DNA of 64,000 nt from Dehalococcoidia bacterium (GCA_049694415.1 JBAVQV010000096.1:3099-67098), one strand, 5' to 3'. Shown: positions 30,664-41,892, counted from the first letter of the stretch. Notes: a model not told the origin generated them from the sequence alone. Made by a program: numbers and translations.

Positions 30664-31454
30664 AATTTTGTCAATTCTAAGAAATAGTATAGTATAACTC
30701 CGGTGAATATGAGACTGTCGATGCGATCTAGGATGCCACCGTGTCCCGGTATCAGCTTGCCTGTGTCCTTGACACCTGTGTTACGCTTAAGCAGTGACTC
30801 TGCTAAATCCCCAAGCTGAGCGAATATGCTGATAATGAAGCCCAAAAGGGCTATCTGCCAGTAGCTGAAAGGCAACTTAAAAATTACGCCGAGAATGAGA
30901 GCAACTACAATACTGGATAATAGTCCGCCTACAGCTCCTTCCCAGGTTTTGCCTGAGCTTATTGAAGGGGCTAGAGCGTGTTTGCCCCAAGCTCTGCCAA
31001 CAAAAAAGGCGCTGGTATCACTGGCAAATGTGGTGAACATGGCCAAGAATACAAGTTCCCTACCATCTTCCAAGCTTCTGAGGTCAACCCAGTAGCTTAA
31101 CATCCAGCCGATATAGAGAATGCCGGCCATTGTCCATGCCCAGTTGGTAAAAGCCTGGTCTCTGGGGCGACGAAATAACAGCCAGATTAACGATACAATT
31201 ATCGCTGAGGTAATCAGGAAAGGTAATGTGGCCGGATATGGGCAGTGAGGACTGGCGATTAAAAGTAGTACCCAGGCTATGCCGAAATAGGTGATAGGCT
31301 GCACTTTTGATCCGCCTGCCATTCGGTAGAACTCCCAGCTGCTAAGAGCAGCCATGACGGCTATCAAAAGGGTAAACCACGGTTCACCGAACCATATTAT
31401 GGCGATTAGGAGTGGTAAGCCGACAACAGCAGTTAGAATTCTATGCCTGAGCAT
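30660..31454 (-). CDS. cdsA: phosphatidate cytidylyltransferase
   Basis: Multi-TM protein with the C-terminal CTP-transferase signature (GHGGILDRIDS). Confidence 0.85.
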   Translation of the reverse strand: MLRHRILTAVVGLPLLIAIIWFGEPWFTLLIAVMAALSSWEFYRMAGGSKVQPITYFGIAWVLLLIASPHCPYPATLPFLITSAIIVSLIWLLFRRPRDQAFTNWAWTMAGILYIGWMLSYWVDLRSLEDGRELVFLAMFTTFASDTSAFFVGRAWGKHALAPSISSGKTWEGAVGGLLSSIVVALILGVIFKLPFSYWQIALLGFIISIFAQLGDLAESLLKRNTGVKDTGKLIPGHGGILDRIDSLIFTGVILYYFLELTKL

Positions 31455-31593
31455 ATTTATTCTTTGACTCTGCGTGTCTTAGATAGAGTTGGCCGCAGCC
31501 ATGGATGTGAAATGTTGGTGAGGCTTGTATCATTGTATTCTATGTTTAAATCTATTTCCTGAAAAAGGTAGTGGCTTGTAAATTGCGGAGTTT

Positions 31594-32151
31594 TTAAACC
31601 TCCATTATCTCTGTTTCTTTGGTTTGTCCTATATTGTTTACTTTGTCCACGAAGTTGTCAGTGAGCTTCTGCAGTTGTTCAGAAGCACGTGCACATTGGT
31701 CTTGTGATATTCCCTTGTCTTTTTCTGACTGCCTCAATTTTTCGATGCCGTCGCGTCTAAGATTGCGAAGAGCAATCCTAGCGTCTTCTAACCTTTTGTG
31801 GACCGCTCTGGTTAACTCCTTACGTCGTTCTTCGGTGAGCGGTGGGATAGGTATGCGGAGAACACGGCTATCGCTTATTGGATTTAGACCGAGTTCAGAG
31901 GTAAGAATGGCCTTCTCAATGCTGCGGATTGAACTACTGTCCCAAGGTTGTATAAGTATCATTTTGGCATCAGGGATTGAGATGGAAGCCATTTGGTTGA
32001 TTGGGGTGAGGACACCGTGATAATCAGCTTTTATATGCTCTACTAGAGCTGGTGAGGCACGTCCCGTTCGGATAGCTGCCAAGTCTCGAGTCAAAGCTTC
32101 AACAGCCTTTTGCATTTTACCATTGATTTCGGTGATTACTTGCTCAATCAT
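31594..32151 (-). CDS. frr: ribosome recycling factor
   Basis: Length 185 aa. Typical RRF sequence. Confidence 0.9.
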   Translation of the reverse strand: MIEQVITEINGKMQKAVEALTRDLAAIRTGRASPALVEHIKADYHGVLTPINQMASISIPDAKMILIQPWDSSSIRSIEKAILTSELGLNPISDSRVLRIPIPPLTEERRKELTRAVHKRLEDARIALRNLRRDGIEKLRQSEKDKGISQDQCARASEQLQKLTDNFVDKVNNIGQTKETEIMEV

Positions 32152-32153
32152 TT

Positions 32154-32885
<732 letters not shown>

Positions 32886-33413
32886 TTAATAACCTAACTC
32901 AAATCTAATAAACCTGCGTACTTTTATGTTTTCACCGACTTTGGCGATCGTCTCTGTTACTATATCCTGGACTGTCTTGTCAGGCTCTTTGATGTATGGT
33001 TGGAGTAGCAGACAAGCTGTTTTTGCATCTGCATCTGCATCCGTTTCTGTTTCCGTTTCTGTTTCTTGCGCCATATCTTCTGGAGAAATGAATTGAGGGC
33101 ACATAGCTGCTATCTGGAGAGCTAGGTTGTGAGCTAAATCTTTGAATTCGTCTGTGCGAGCCACAAAATCAGTCTCGCAGTTAACTTCAACTAAAACCCC
33201 AATCCGACCTCCTGGGTGGACATAAGCTTCAATTATCCCTTGGTCTGCTAGGCGTTCAGCCTTTTTGCGTGCTAGAGCTATTCCGCGCTGGTTCAGAATC
33301 TCAATTGCTTTTTCTAGGTTTCCTTTTGCTTCAAGGAGAGCTTTTTTACAATCCATGACACCGGCACCAGTTTTCTCCCTAAGGTCCTTTATTGCCGTAG
33401 TTGAAACCTGCAA
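32886..33413 (-). CDS. tsf: elongation factor Ts (short form) with TETETETE-DADADA low-complexity insertion
   Basis: N-terminal UBA-like region (IKDLREKTGAGVMDCKKAL). The insertion is encoded by a GCATCT/GTTTCY hexanucleotide microsatellite at about 33025..33065. Confidence 0.85.
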   Translation of the reverse strand: MQVSTTAIKDLREKTGAGVMDCKKALLEAKGNLEKAIEILNQRGIALARKKAERLADQGIIEAYVHPGGRIGVLVEVNCETDFVARTDEFKDLAHNLALQIAAMCPQFISPEDMAQETETETETDADADAKTACLLLQPYIKEPDKTVQDIVTETIAKVGENIKVRRFIRFELGY

Positions 33414-33454
33414 GTTTCTCCTCCTTATGTATAGCTGGGGGCAGTATTGCTTCG

Positions 33455-34240
33455 CTACTTGTTTTCATCTGGTGTAAAGATATGTGATTCCAGTAGTTGG
33501 CTGGGTTCTGTATCGGTTGGAGTCAGTTCAGCCCTTCCTATTTCGCCGGTCTCTTTAATCATCTGGCCTTCAAGAACAGCATCGGCTATTTTGCTACATA
33601 TGAGCTTGATAGCTTTTATGGCATCATCGTTAGCTGGAATGAGGTAATCAATATCTTCAGGATCACAATTAGTGTCTACGATGGCCACTACTGGTATGCC
33701 AACCTTTTTTGTTTCAGCCAGAGCTATCTTTTCCTTAGTTGGGTCGATGATAAAAATGGCTCCAGGAAGTGTAGTCATTTCCTTAAAACCGCCAAGAAGC
33801 TTATTTAGCCGAGCTATTTCCTTTTCAACCTTCATTTTTTCTTTTTTAGATAGGTAATCTAACTCACCTTTATCCCTTTGGTCTTCGAGACGCACCAGAT
33901 AATCTATTCTCGCCTGTATAGTGCTGAAGTTAGTTAACATCCCGCCTAGCCATCTTTGGTTGACATAATACATGCCACACCGTTTGGCTTCCTCTTCTAC
34001 TATTTCCTGAGATTGCTTTTTGGTACCTACAAAGAGAATGCTTTGTCCATTACTGACCAAATCTCTAACATAATTATAGGCTCTATCCAGCATGACTACG
34101 GTTTGCTCCAAGTCGATAATGTGGATACCGTTACGCTGTGTGAAAATATAACTTTTCATACGTGGATGCCAGTGGCCGGTAAGGTGGCCGAAATGAGCCC
34201 CGGCTTCCAGTAGCTGTTTAACTGAGATAGACTCCGCCAA
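33455..34240 (-). CDS. rpsB: 30S ribosomal protein S2
   Basis: Length 261 aa. Typical S2 sequence. Confidence 0.9.
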   Translation of the reverse strand: MAESISVKQLLEAGAHFGHLTGHWHPRMKSYIFTQRNGIHIIDLEQTVVMLDRAYNYVRDLVSNGQSILFVGTKKQSQEIVEEEAKRCGMYYVNQRWLGGMLTNFSTIQARIDYLVRLEDQRDKGELDYLSKKEKMKVEKEIARLNKLLGGFKEMTTLPGAIFIIDPTKEKIALAETKKVGIPVVAIVDTNCDPEDIDYLIPANDDAIKAIKLICSKIADAVLEGQMIKETGEIGRAELTPTDTEPSQLLESHIFTPDENK

Positions 34241-34528
34241 ATTGTAACCTCCTAATCATATTAAACACCTATCACGAAGTTTTTTGTGACTTAAATAGGA
34301 TTTCTTTCCCAAGGCCGCCCATCAGTATAACATAAGGTGATTTCTGAGGCAATTGAACTGAAAGGGATGTTCACTTATAAAATTAAGGTGGCCTAGTAAC
34401 CCAAATGAGTCGGTTCAGTTGCCCAGGATGCTTTAGCAGATATATCAAAACCTTTCAGTGTTAAGACAAAGACTTAGCCCCTCTAGATAAGAGGGGCTAA
34501 GTGGAGTGACCTTTACGCCTAAATACGC

Positions 34529-35662
34529 TTAGATTAACCCAATTTGCTGGGCTACCAACTCTCTGTGGAAGTCAGTGCTGCCGAAAGAAGTGTCTGCGGC
34601 TTTTGACCTTCGGTAATAAAGCGGTATATCGTGGTCATAGCTGGTGGCAATACCGCCGTGTAATCTTATTGCCCATTGTCCCACATCCTTATAAACCTCG
34701 TTAATATAAGCCTTCGCTAAGGAGGCTTCTTTGGCACAGGGCTGCCCTTCTGATTCCATCCAGGCAGCCTGATAGACTAAATAACGGCCGGTTTCCATAG
34801 ATGTCCACATATTAGCCATTATGTGCTGAAGTGCCTGGAAGGCTCCGATAGGTCTTTCGTACTGAACCCTTTCTTTTGAGTAAGCAACAGTCATTTCGAC
34901 GCAAGTTTGCATGGCACCGACGGACTCTGCGCACTTAGCGATAGCTCCTTTGCGTAACATCATTTCCGCCAGCGGCCATCCTGCGTCTATTTTACCAAGC
35001 ATGTTTTTCTTGGGTACAGTAACGTTGTCAAAGCGCACCTCGCATAGCTTATCTGCGCCTATGGTTGGTATTACTTCGCAGCGTATTCCAGGCGTCTTGA
35101 AGTCCACTAAAAACAGTGTGATTCCTTTCTCAGGAGAAGCTCCATCTTTGGTTCGGGTAACACAGACGATATAATTGGCAACATGGGCCATCTCAACGAA
35201 GAGCTTTGTGCCATTTATTATGAAGTCGTCCCCTTTAGGCGTTGCTTTGATGGAAATTCCAGAAGCATCGAATGTCCCTTCAGCTTCGAGGAGGGCCGTA
35301 GTAATGATTAGTTCTCCTCGAGCTATTTTGGGCAGGAACTCCTTCTTTTGCTCCTCAGTCCCGGCCTCGAGGATAGGGAAGGTACTTATTACCGTAGGGA
35401 TTAGCGGTCCGGGAAGGATATTTCTGCCTGCCTCCTCTAACAGGACTGTCAAATCCTGGAAGGTATAACCCATACCCTCGTATTCTTCAGGTATAACTAA
35501 CCCCATCCATCCAAGCTCGGCAATTTTCTTCCAGAGTTCGGGGGAATATCCCTTCTCACTTTTTTCAAGCTCTCTTACCAGAGTTTTTGGGCATTCCGTG
35601 GCGAGGAAGTCCCGTGCCATTTTCCTCAATATCTCTTGTGCTTCAGTAAATCTAAGGTCCAT
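34529..35662 (-). CDS. acyl-CoA dehydrogenase family protein
   Basis: Length 377 aa. ACAD N-terminal, middle and C-terminal domains. Confidence 0.8.
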   Translation of the reverse strand: MDLRFTEAQEILRKMARDFLATECPKTLVRELEKSEKGYSPELWKKIAELGWMGLVIPEEYEGMGYTFQDLTVLLEEAGRNILPGPLIPTVISTFPILEAGTEEQKKEFLPKIARGELIITTALLEAEGTFDASGISIKATPKGDDFIINGTKLFVEMAHVANYIVCVTRTKDGASPEKGITLFLVDFKTPGIRCEVIPTIGADKLCEVRFDNVTVPKKNMLGKIDAGWPLAEMMLRKGAIAKCAESVGAMQTCVEMTVAYSKERVQYERPIGAFQALQHIMANMWTSMETGRYLVYQAAWMESEGQPCAKEASLAKAYINEVYKDVGQWAIRLHGGIATSYDHDIPLYYRRSKAADTSFGSTDFHRELVAQQIGLI

Positions 35663-35685
35663 GATTCCTCCTATCTAAACTTAAT

Positions 35686-36870
35686 TTATTTCATCCGGGG
35701 CAAGCCGAGACCATACCAGGCAATGATATTCCTTTGTATCTCGTTTGTACCCATGGAGATAATGGTTACGAAACACTCTTGGAATGCTTTCTCCCAGGCT
35801 CCATGCATTGGAGCCCATCGGGAGTTTTTAACCTGGCCGTATGGACCTGCGATGTCAGTGGCAACGAAAGCAAAACGCTCGCCTAGCTCGCTGTAGAATA
35901 TCTTCGCAGCTGACGCATCCATCAGGGCCATCTCGTTCCTATTTTGCAAGTCAGCTATTCGGTAGGCGATGGCTTTGGCTGCTTCCAGTTCACAGGCTAG
36001 CTGTGCCACTCGGTTGCGTATTAATGGGTCTCTGGCTAAAGGTTGACCGTTCCGCTTAGTCTCATTGCAGTATTGCACCAGTTCTTCCAACTCGCGGTAC
36101 ATGCCCATGATTTCCCCCATTCCCGACCTCTCGAAGCCGGCTAAGAGATTGACTATAGCCCAGCCCTCGTTTTCCTGGCCTACGACGTTTTTGGCCGGCA
36201 CATGAACATCATCGAAATAAACTTCAGCGAACGGGGCATCGCCATCAATGTATGGAATGGGTCGTACTGTTATTCCAGGTGTTTTCATGTCGAGTAAGAT
36301 GAAGGTGATATTGTGGTGTTTTTTAGCAGACGGGTCAGTCTTGAATACTCCAAATCCCCAATCAGCCCGGTGAGCACCTGTATTCCAGGTTTTCTGGCCA
36401 TTTATAATGTATTCATCACCCTTTTTTATTGCGGTGGTTGCCAGAGTGGCCAGGTCTGAGCCTGCATTCGGTTCGCTCCACAGCTCGCACCACATAACCT
36501 CTCCTCGTGAAATTGGCGGCAGAAATTCTTTTTTTATTGCATCGCTTGCGGCCTGTAGAAGGGTAGGGGCGAGCATTTGCACACCAAAGATGTCAACCCC
36601 AGCAATTCCGTGGTATCCTCTTGCCTCGGCGAAGAGGACTTTATCCATCATGGTGCCACTGCCACCGTATTCCGGAGGCCAAGCTAAAGCAAGCCATCCC
36701 CTTTTAGCGAATTCCTTGGCACAGTGAAGATGGAATTCCCAGCATTCATCAATCTCAAACACAGCCTCCAATCCTACAAAACTTGGTGGCCTTTTTTTCT
36801 CAAGCTCCTTACAAACCTCGAAATACTCCTTTCTGTGTGCCTTTTCCTCCTGTGTTAGTTCAAAATCCAT
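35686..36870 (-). CDS. acyl-CoA dehydrogenase family protein (adjacent paralogue)
   Basis: Length 394 aa. Same family. Only 23 nt separate it from the upstream ACAD, so the two are probably co-transcribed. Confidence 0.8.
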   Translation of the reverse strand: MDFELTQEEKAHRKEYFEVCKELEKKRPPSFVGLEAVFEIDECWEFHLHCAKEFAKRGWLALAWPPEYGGSGTMMDKVLFAEARGYHGIAGVDIFGVQMLAPTLLQAASDAIKKEFLPPISRGEVMWCELWSEPNAGSDLATLATTAIKKGDEYIINGQKTWNTGAHRADWGFGVFKTDPSAKKHHNITFILLDMKTPGITVRPIPYIDGDAPFAEVYFDDVHVPAKNVVGQENEGWAIVNLLAGFERSGMGEIMGMYRELEELVQYCNETKRNGQPLARDPLIRNRVAQLACELEAAKAIAYRIADLQNRNEMALMDASAAKIFYSELGERFAFVATDIAGPYGQVKNSRWAPMHGAWEKAFQECFVTIISMGTNEIQRNIIAWYGLGLPRMK

Positions 36871-37141
36871 GCGTGCCTCCTTTAAATGTTAAATTCCTAT
36901 GAAAGCGCCGCTGACAAGAGTTGGTGTCAAACCATTTACCACTAGTCAAGCGCCAGCGTAGGTTTCTAATCCATCCCAATTTAATTTATTTAGTTTCAAA
37001 CTTCCGAAGATTGCCGACAACCTTCGCATGGGCAAATGTATTGATTGCTCTCGGAAAAACCTTCTAAGCTCAACCCTCGATTATGCCCGTTTATTATAAT
37101 ATAGAATTCCTCGTTTGGAAAGCCTCTAATATCTTACTAAT

Positions 37142-37975
37142 CTAAGTTGACCGGTGATGAATTTCCTCAATCCGGTAATGCAGGATACCAGCCGGTGCCC
37201 TGACCTCGACATTTTGCCCTTTTGTACATCCGAGCAAGGCCTGACCCATAGGTGAGGCAACAGAGATTTTGCCTTCCATTGCATTAGCTTCACTAATATC
37301 AACAAGCGTATAGCGTACCTGTTCTCCTAAAGCTATGTCCCGCAGCACCGCTGTATCGCCAAAACATATTTCTCGGCCACCGGCTTGTTGCTCGTCCACT
37401 AAACTTGCCATTTTCAGAGTCGATTCCAGTTGTTTAATACGTGCCTCTATCTGGCCTTGATGTTCCCTGGCTGCTTCTAGAGGTGCATTTTCGCGGAAAT
37501 CTTTATCTGATGCCGCTTTCTTGAGTTCCTCAACTATGCGTGGGCGCTCGTTTTTAAGACTGTTAAGCTCATCCTGTAAATCTGTGTAACCTTGGCTAGT
37601 CAGCAATACTTTCCGGTGAGAACGTCGTTTTAAAGATGAGGTTGATTTGGGTGGCGTTTTCTTGCCCTTGAGATGTACAGCCAAGTTCTTCTTGGTCATG
37701 CTTTGCTTGTGGGTGTAAGTAAGAAAGTTTTTAATTGTGCCTAATTTCTCAGCTACCTCAGTCGTCGATGAGGTGATCTGCTCAGCATAATTGGCGACTT
37801 CTGGGATGGTTAGCCCGATTAACGGGCGTTTTTCTCCGTACCAACGTACAAATTTGTATACTTCTTGTTGGGCTTTTAGCCTTTCGTCTGAGGACAATGT
37901 TAGAAGAAACTGAGTGGCAGCCTCTCCTAGACTATAATCAGATAGAGCCGAATCAGGCGTGTTTTTTGAGGCCAT
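37142..37975 (-). CDS. GreA/GreB-family transcription elongation factor with ~110-aa N-terminal extension
   Basis: Coiled-coil plus FKBP-like C-terminal Gre domains (…FRENAPLEAAREHQGQIEARIKQLE…VASPMGQALLGC…) preceded by an unmatched N-terminal region. Confidence 0.65.
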   Translation of the reverse strand: MASKNTPDSALSDYSLGEAATQFLLTLSSDERLKAQQEVYKFVRWYGEKRPLIGLTIPEVANYAEQITSSTTEVAEKLGTIKNFLTYTHKQSMTKKNLAVHLKGKKTPPKSTSSLKRRSHRKVLLTSQGYTDLQDELNSLKNERPRIVEELKKAASDKDFRENAPLEAAREHQGQIEARIKQLESTLKMASLVDEQQAGGREICFGDTAVLRDIALGEQVRYTLVDISEANAMEGKISVASPMGQALLGCTKGQNVEVRAPAGILHYRIEEIHHRST

Positions 37976-38060
37976 CCCTTTGCTCTGAGCCGGACTTAAT
38001 AATAGAACAGAAAGACGGGCTATGTCAAATATAGTGGGAATTCAGGGATCTGATTTTTAG

Positions 38061-38945
38061 CTATGATGATATAGCGTAGCCAATAAACTTATAGGCTAGT
38101 TTAGCTGCGAGAAAAGCGCAGGAATCAGTGTCATCCTTGGGGCACAATTCCACCAGGTCGAAACCAATAACATGCTTATGACGGGTTACATACCTCAATA
38201 AATTCAGGACTTCGTGCCATTGCATGCCGCCTGGTTCGGGAGTGCCCACTGCTGGCATAACTGAAAGGTCAAAGACATCTAAATCGATTGATACATACAC
38301 ATTGTCGCTTAGTGAGGTTATTATGTGCTCAGTCGGAGCTAAATCTGAACTCGATGTTGTGATATAGAAGGGATGCATTTTATTTTGGGTTAAAAACTGC
38401 TGCTCCTCCCAACTTAAGCTACGTACTCCAACTTGCACAATAGGGCAGAGTTCATGAATGCGGCGCATTACACAGGCATGGCTATATTTGGTTCCTAAAT
38501 ATTCATCTCGGAGGTCAGCATGCGCATCTAGCTGTAGCACGCAGGCACTTCGAAATTTTTCTTTCAAGGCTTGAACCATGCCGAGGCTAAGGGAGTGCTC
38601 ACCGCCAAACATTACAGGGAATTTCCCTTGTTTTATCAGTGCACCAGTTATGCGATAAACTCGTTCAATCATCTTTTCTGGGCTATTTAACAAGGGTTGG
38701 ACTGCGGGTAAAGTATGAATTCCGACTTTGTATATCTCGCGATTTAGTTCAATATCATAAAGTTCTAAATATTGTGAAGCGTTAATAATAGCCTGCGGTC
38801 CTTCACGGGCGCCGCTATGCCATTCCGTGGTGCCGTCATAAGGCACTGGCAAAATCACTACTCTGGCAGTTTGCAAGTCAGAGTAAGGGGATGACAATCC
38901 GGCGAAGTTATGCCCGGGGGAGAGCAGGTCTTCTATGTTTTCCAT
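38061..38945 (-). CDS. speB: agmatinase / arginase-family ureohydrolase
   Basis: Mn-binding motifs GGEHS, DAHAD and SIDLDV. Confidence 0.8.
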   Translation of the reverse strand: MENIEDLLSPGHNFAGLSSPYSDLQTARVVILPVPYDGTTEWHSGAREGPQAIINASQYLELYDIELNREIYKVGIHTLPAVQPLLNSPEKMIERVYRITGALIKQGKFPVMFGGEHSLSLGMVQALKEKFRSACVLQLDAHADLRDEYLGTKYSHACVMRRIHELCPIVQVGVRSLSWEEQQFLTQNKMHPFYITTSSSDLAPTEHIITSLSDNVYVSIDLDVFDLSVMPAVGTPEPGGMQWHEVLNLLRYVTRHKHVIGFDLVELCPKDDTDSCAFLAAKLAYKFIGYAISS

Positions 38946-38948
38946 ATC

Positions 38949-39344
38949 TCAAACTGAGTGGAGTTGAGCTGTATCAGCGACTTCTGGAAGTTCAGATATC
39001 TGCCAATCACGGTTGATAAGGCGACTTGATAATCTAGTTAGTTGAAATTTGTCTTTAAAGTCCTTCACGACCTGCTCGGCATTGAAATCCTTGCAGGAGA
39101 AAACGTCTATATTTACGTAACAACGTTCGACGAAAGTATGAATGCTGATATGGCTTTCGGCGATAAAAACGAATCCAGATATTCCCCACTCTTCAGGTTT
39201 AGAGCCGATGTATTTGAAAACGTGCGGAGATGAAATCTTTGTCATAGCAATCCGGGCAGGATATGAGTCCAGCAGTTGATAGATAAATTGCTGATCCTGC
39301 ATTAATCTTGGATTGTCTCCGTAGCCATCAATAGTCAGATGCAT
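38949..39344 (-). CDS. speH: S-adenosylmethionine decarboxylase proenzyme (pyruvoyl-dependent, small archaeal/Gram-positive type)
   Basis: Length 131 aa. FIAESHISIHTFVE contains the Glu-Ser self-cleavage site. Confidence 0.8.
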   Translation of the reverse strand: MHLTIDGYGDNPRLMQDQQFIYQLLDSYPARIAMTKISSPHVFKYIGSKPEEWGISGFVFIAESHISIHTFVERCYVNIDVFSCKDFNAEQVVKDFKDKFQLTRLSSRLINRDWQISELPEVADTAQLHSV

Positions 39345-39352
39345 GGTTCCCC

Positions 39353-40576
39353 CTAAAGCAAAATTCTCCTTAGCTCGAAAAGTGCTGCTGTAACCGCTCT
39401 TTGCTTTATTTGCAGGCGGTTACCAGGGTAGTTTTTCGCAAAACTCTGCCTGCGCCGCCCGTCATCGAGGCTAACAAAAATGGTACCGATAGACTGCCCC
39501 TCAATTTCAGCAGGTCCCATTACCCCCGTGAGGCCGACACCAATAGATGTACTGAGCTTTTCTCTGGCCATTATAGCCATAGCCTCACAAGTTTCGATGC
39601 TTATAGTTCCATATCGAGATATACATTCAGGGTCAAGGCCGAAAGCTGCCCTCGACGCTTCGCTATAAGCAACCAGTCCTCCCGCAAAATATTTCGAGCT
39701 ACCTGGAACATTGGTGATAATATTAGCTAAAGAACCACCAGTATAAGACTCCATAGTAGCCAGGCTCAGCTTTTTAATCGCAAGCAAATTTCCAACGATG
39801 CTCTCCAGAGTTTCAGAGTCCACCCCCCAGACATAATCATTTAAAATTGCTCTAATGTCACCTTCTCGTTGGTTGATAAGCTTTTGTGCTTTGCCTTCGG
39901 TCTGTGCCTTAGCCGTGATGCGAAGGTAAATGCCATCAATTTTAGCATACGTAGCCAGTGTCGGATTTGTAGAGGGAAGAAACGGGCCTGCTCTCTCGTC
40001 TACCTCTGCTTCGGTTAGGCCGAAGGTCTTTAGCGTTTTGGAGACAATAACAGCGCCGGATGACCTCTGCTGCAACCTGGGCATTATTTCTTTCGTCCAC
40101 ATCAATTCCATCTCGCGCGGCGGGCCAGGCATGGTAATAATTATTCGACTATCGCGTTCCACCCACCAGCCCGGTGCAGTGCCTCTGGGGTTCGGGACAA
40201 TTTCTGCTGAGGGGATTACTGTAGCCTGCTTGATATTGCTTGGCGGCATTTCTCTCTTGAAATATTTGAATAGCTCTTCGAATTTCTGTACAAGAGCGTA
40301 GTCAACGGTAAGTTTTTCTCCGAGGAACTCCGCGATTGCTTCTCGAGTGATATCATCCTGAGTCGGCCCTAAACCGCCGGTGGTGATAATGATATCCGAT
40401 CTTTGCCATGCCTGCCTCAGGGTATCGATTAGCCTGTTCTGGTTGTCACCCACCATGGATATAAAGTTGAGATCAAGACCAAGCAAAGGTAGTTGGCTTG
40501 CGAGATAAGCGGAATTTGTATCAGTGATATCCCCCAAAAGAAGCTCGGTGCCAATCGAGATTATTTCTGCCTTCAT
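39353..40576 (-). CDS. cinA: CinA-family protein (MocF-like N-domain + nicotinamide-nucleotide amidohydrolase C-domain)
   Basis: MKAEIISIGTELLLGDITDTNSAYL N-terminus. Length 407 aa. Confidence 0.85.
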   Translation of the reverse strand: MKAEIISIGTELLLGDITDTNSAYLASQLPLLGLDLNFISMVGDNQNRLIDTLRQAWQRSDIIITTGGLGPTQDDITREAIAEFLGEKLTVDYALVQKFEELFKYFKREMPPSNIKQATVIPSAEIVPNPRGTAPGWWVERDSRIIITMPGPPREMELMWTKEIMPRLQQRSSGAVIVSKTLKTFGLTEAEVDERAGPFLPSTNPTLATYAKIDGIYLRITAKAQTEGKAQKLINQREGDIRAILNDYVWGVDSETLESIVGNLLAIKKLSLATMESYTGGSLANIITNVPGSSKYFAGGLVAYSEASRAAFGLDPECISRYGTISIETCEAMAIMAREKLSTSIGVGLTGVMGPAEIEGQSIGTIFVSLDDGRRRQSFAKNYPGNRLQIKQRAVTAALFELRRILL

Positions 40577-40596
40577 CGTGAGTTGTGTTCGTTAAG

Positions 40597-41892
40597 TCAA
40601 CATTTAATCGTAGAAATTCCTAAGTATTTCTCTACCAATGCCATAGCGCAGTATTTGCCGCACATACTACAAGCTGGCCCGCCACTACTATATTTATTAT
40701 GAACTGATTTAACTTTTTCAGGGTCTAAAGATAGCTCAGCCTGCAATTCCCAATCGAGGTTCTTTCTAGCCATTGACATTTTTCTATCCCATTCACTGGC
40801 TCGTTTTGTGCCTCTAACGATGTCGGCAGCGTGGGCTGCAATACGCGAAGCTATTATACCGATTTTCACATCTTCAACATCGGGCAGTGAAAGATGTTCT
40901 GTAGGTGTGACATAACATAGAAAATCGGCTCCTGAGGCAGCAGCAATGGCGCCGCCGATAGCAGCTGTAATGTGGTCATAACCGGCACCGATGTCGGTTA
41001 CTAGAGGGCCGAGAACATAAAACGGAGCGCTGTGACACAGGCTCTTTTCTAACTGAACATTAGCGGCAATTTGATTTAGCGGCAGGTGTCCTGGTCCCTC
41101 TACCATTGTTTGCACGCCAGCCTCTCTAGCTCGCTCTACGAGTTCGCCAAGAGTAATTAGCTCTTCAACTTGAGCCCGGTCGGTGGCATCAGCTATGCTA
41201 CCCGGACGCATACCATCACCCAGACTCAAAGTTACGTCAAATTTGCAGGCTATATCTAATAGACGGTCAAAGTATTCGTACAACGGATTCTCGCGGTCGT
41301 TGTATAACATCCAACCGATAAGAAATGCTCCTCCACGGGAGACAACATCGGTTAATCTTTTTTGATGTTTTAATCGGGCTATGGCAGCTCGAGTGACGCC
41401 GCAATGTACAGTCATAAAGTCGACGCCATCCTTTGCCTGTTGCTCAATAACAGAGAAGATTTCGTCTACAGTCATGTTTACAATTGCACCATGTCTCTCA
41501 ATGGCTTCAATCCCTGTTTGGTATATAGGTACGGTGCCAACAGGTAAAGTGCTAGCAGCTATGATAGCATGACGGATGGCTGAGATGTCGCCCCCGGTAC
41601 TCAGATCCATAACTGCATCAGCACCGAAGCGTATAGCAGTAAGGAGCTTTTCCAGCTCACTATCCATGTTGCCATACTCTGACGAAGTGCCGATATTGGC
41701 ATTGACCTTAACTGAAAGTTCTTCACCAATGCCCCGGGGAACCAAGCTAGTGTGATAAGTGTTGGACGGGATCACGATTTTACCTTCAGCCACGTATTGC
41801 CCGACAATTTCAGGGCTTACGCTTTCCTGCTCAGCTACATGTTTCATTTGGGGTGATAATACACCCCGGTTTGCCAACTCTAATTGCCCCAT
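40597..41892 (-). CDS. thiC: phosphomethylpyrimidine synthase
   Basis: ThiC core. C-terminal CSMCGKYC cluster motif. I chose the start at MGQLEL because AGGAGA lies 6 nt upstream. The ORF track extends to 41934. Confidence 0.9.
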   Translation of the reverse strand: MGQLELANRGVLSPQMKHVAEQESVSPEIVGQYVAEGKIVIPSNTYHTSLVPRGIGEELSVKVNANIGTSSEYGNMDSELEKLLTAIRFGADAVMDLSTGGDISAIRHAIIAASTLPVGTVPIYQTGIEAIERHGAIVNMTVDEIFSVIEQQAKDGVDFMTVHCGVTRAAIARLKHQKRLTDVVSRGGAFLIGWMLYNDRENPLYEYFDRLLDIACKFDVTLSLGDGMRPGSIADATDRAQVEELITLGELVERAREAGVQTMVEGPGHLPLNQIAANVQLEKSLCHSAPFYVLGPLVTDIGAGYDHITAAIGGAIAAASGADFLCYVTPTEHLSLPDVEDVKIGIIASRIAAHAADIVRGTKRASEWDRKMSMARKNLDWELQAELSLDPEKVKSVHNKYSSGGPACSMCGKYCAMALVEKYLGISTIKC

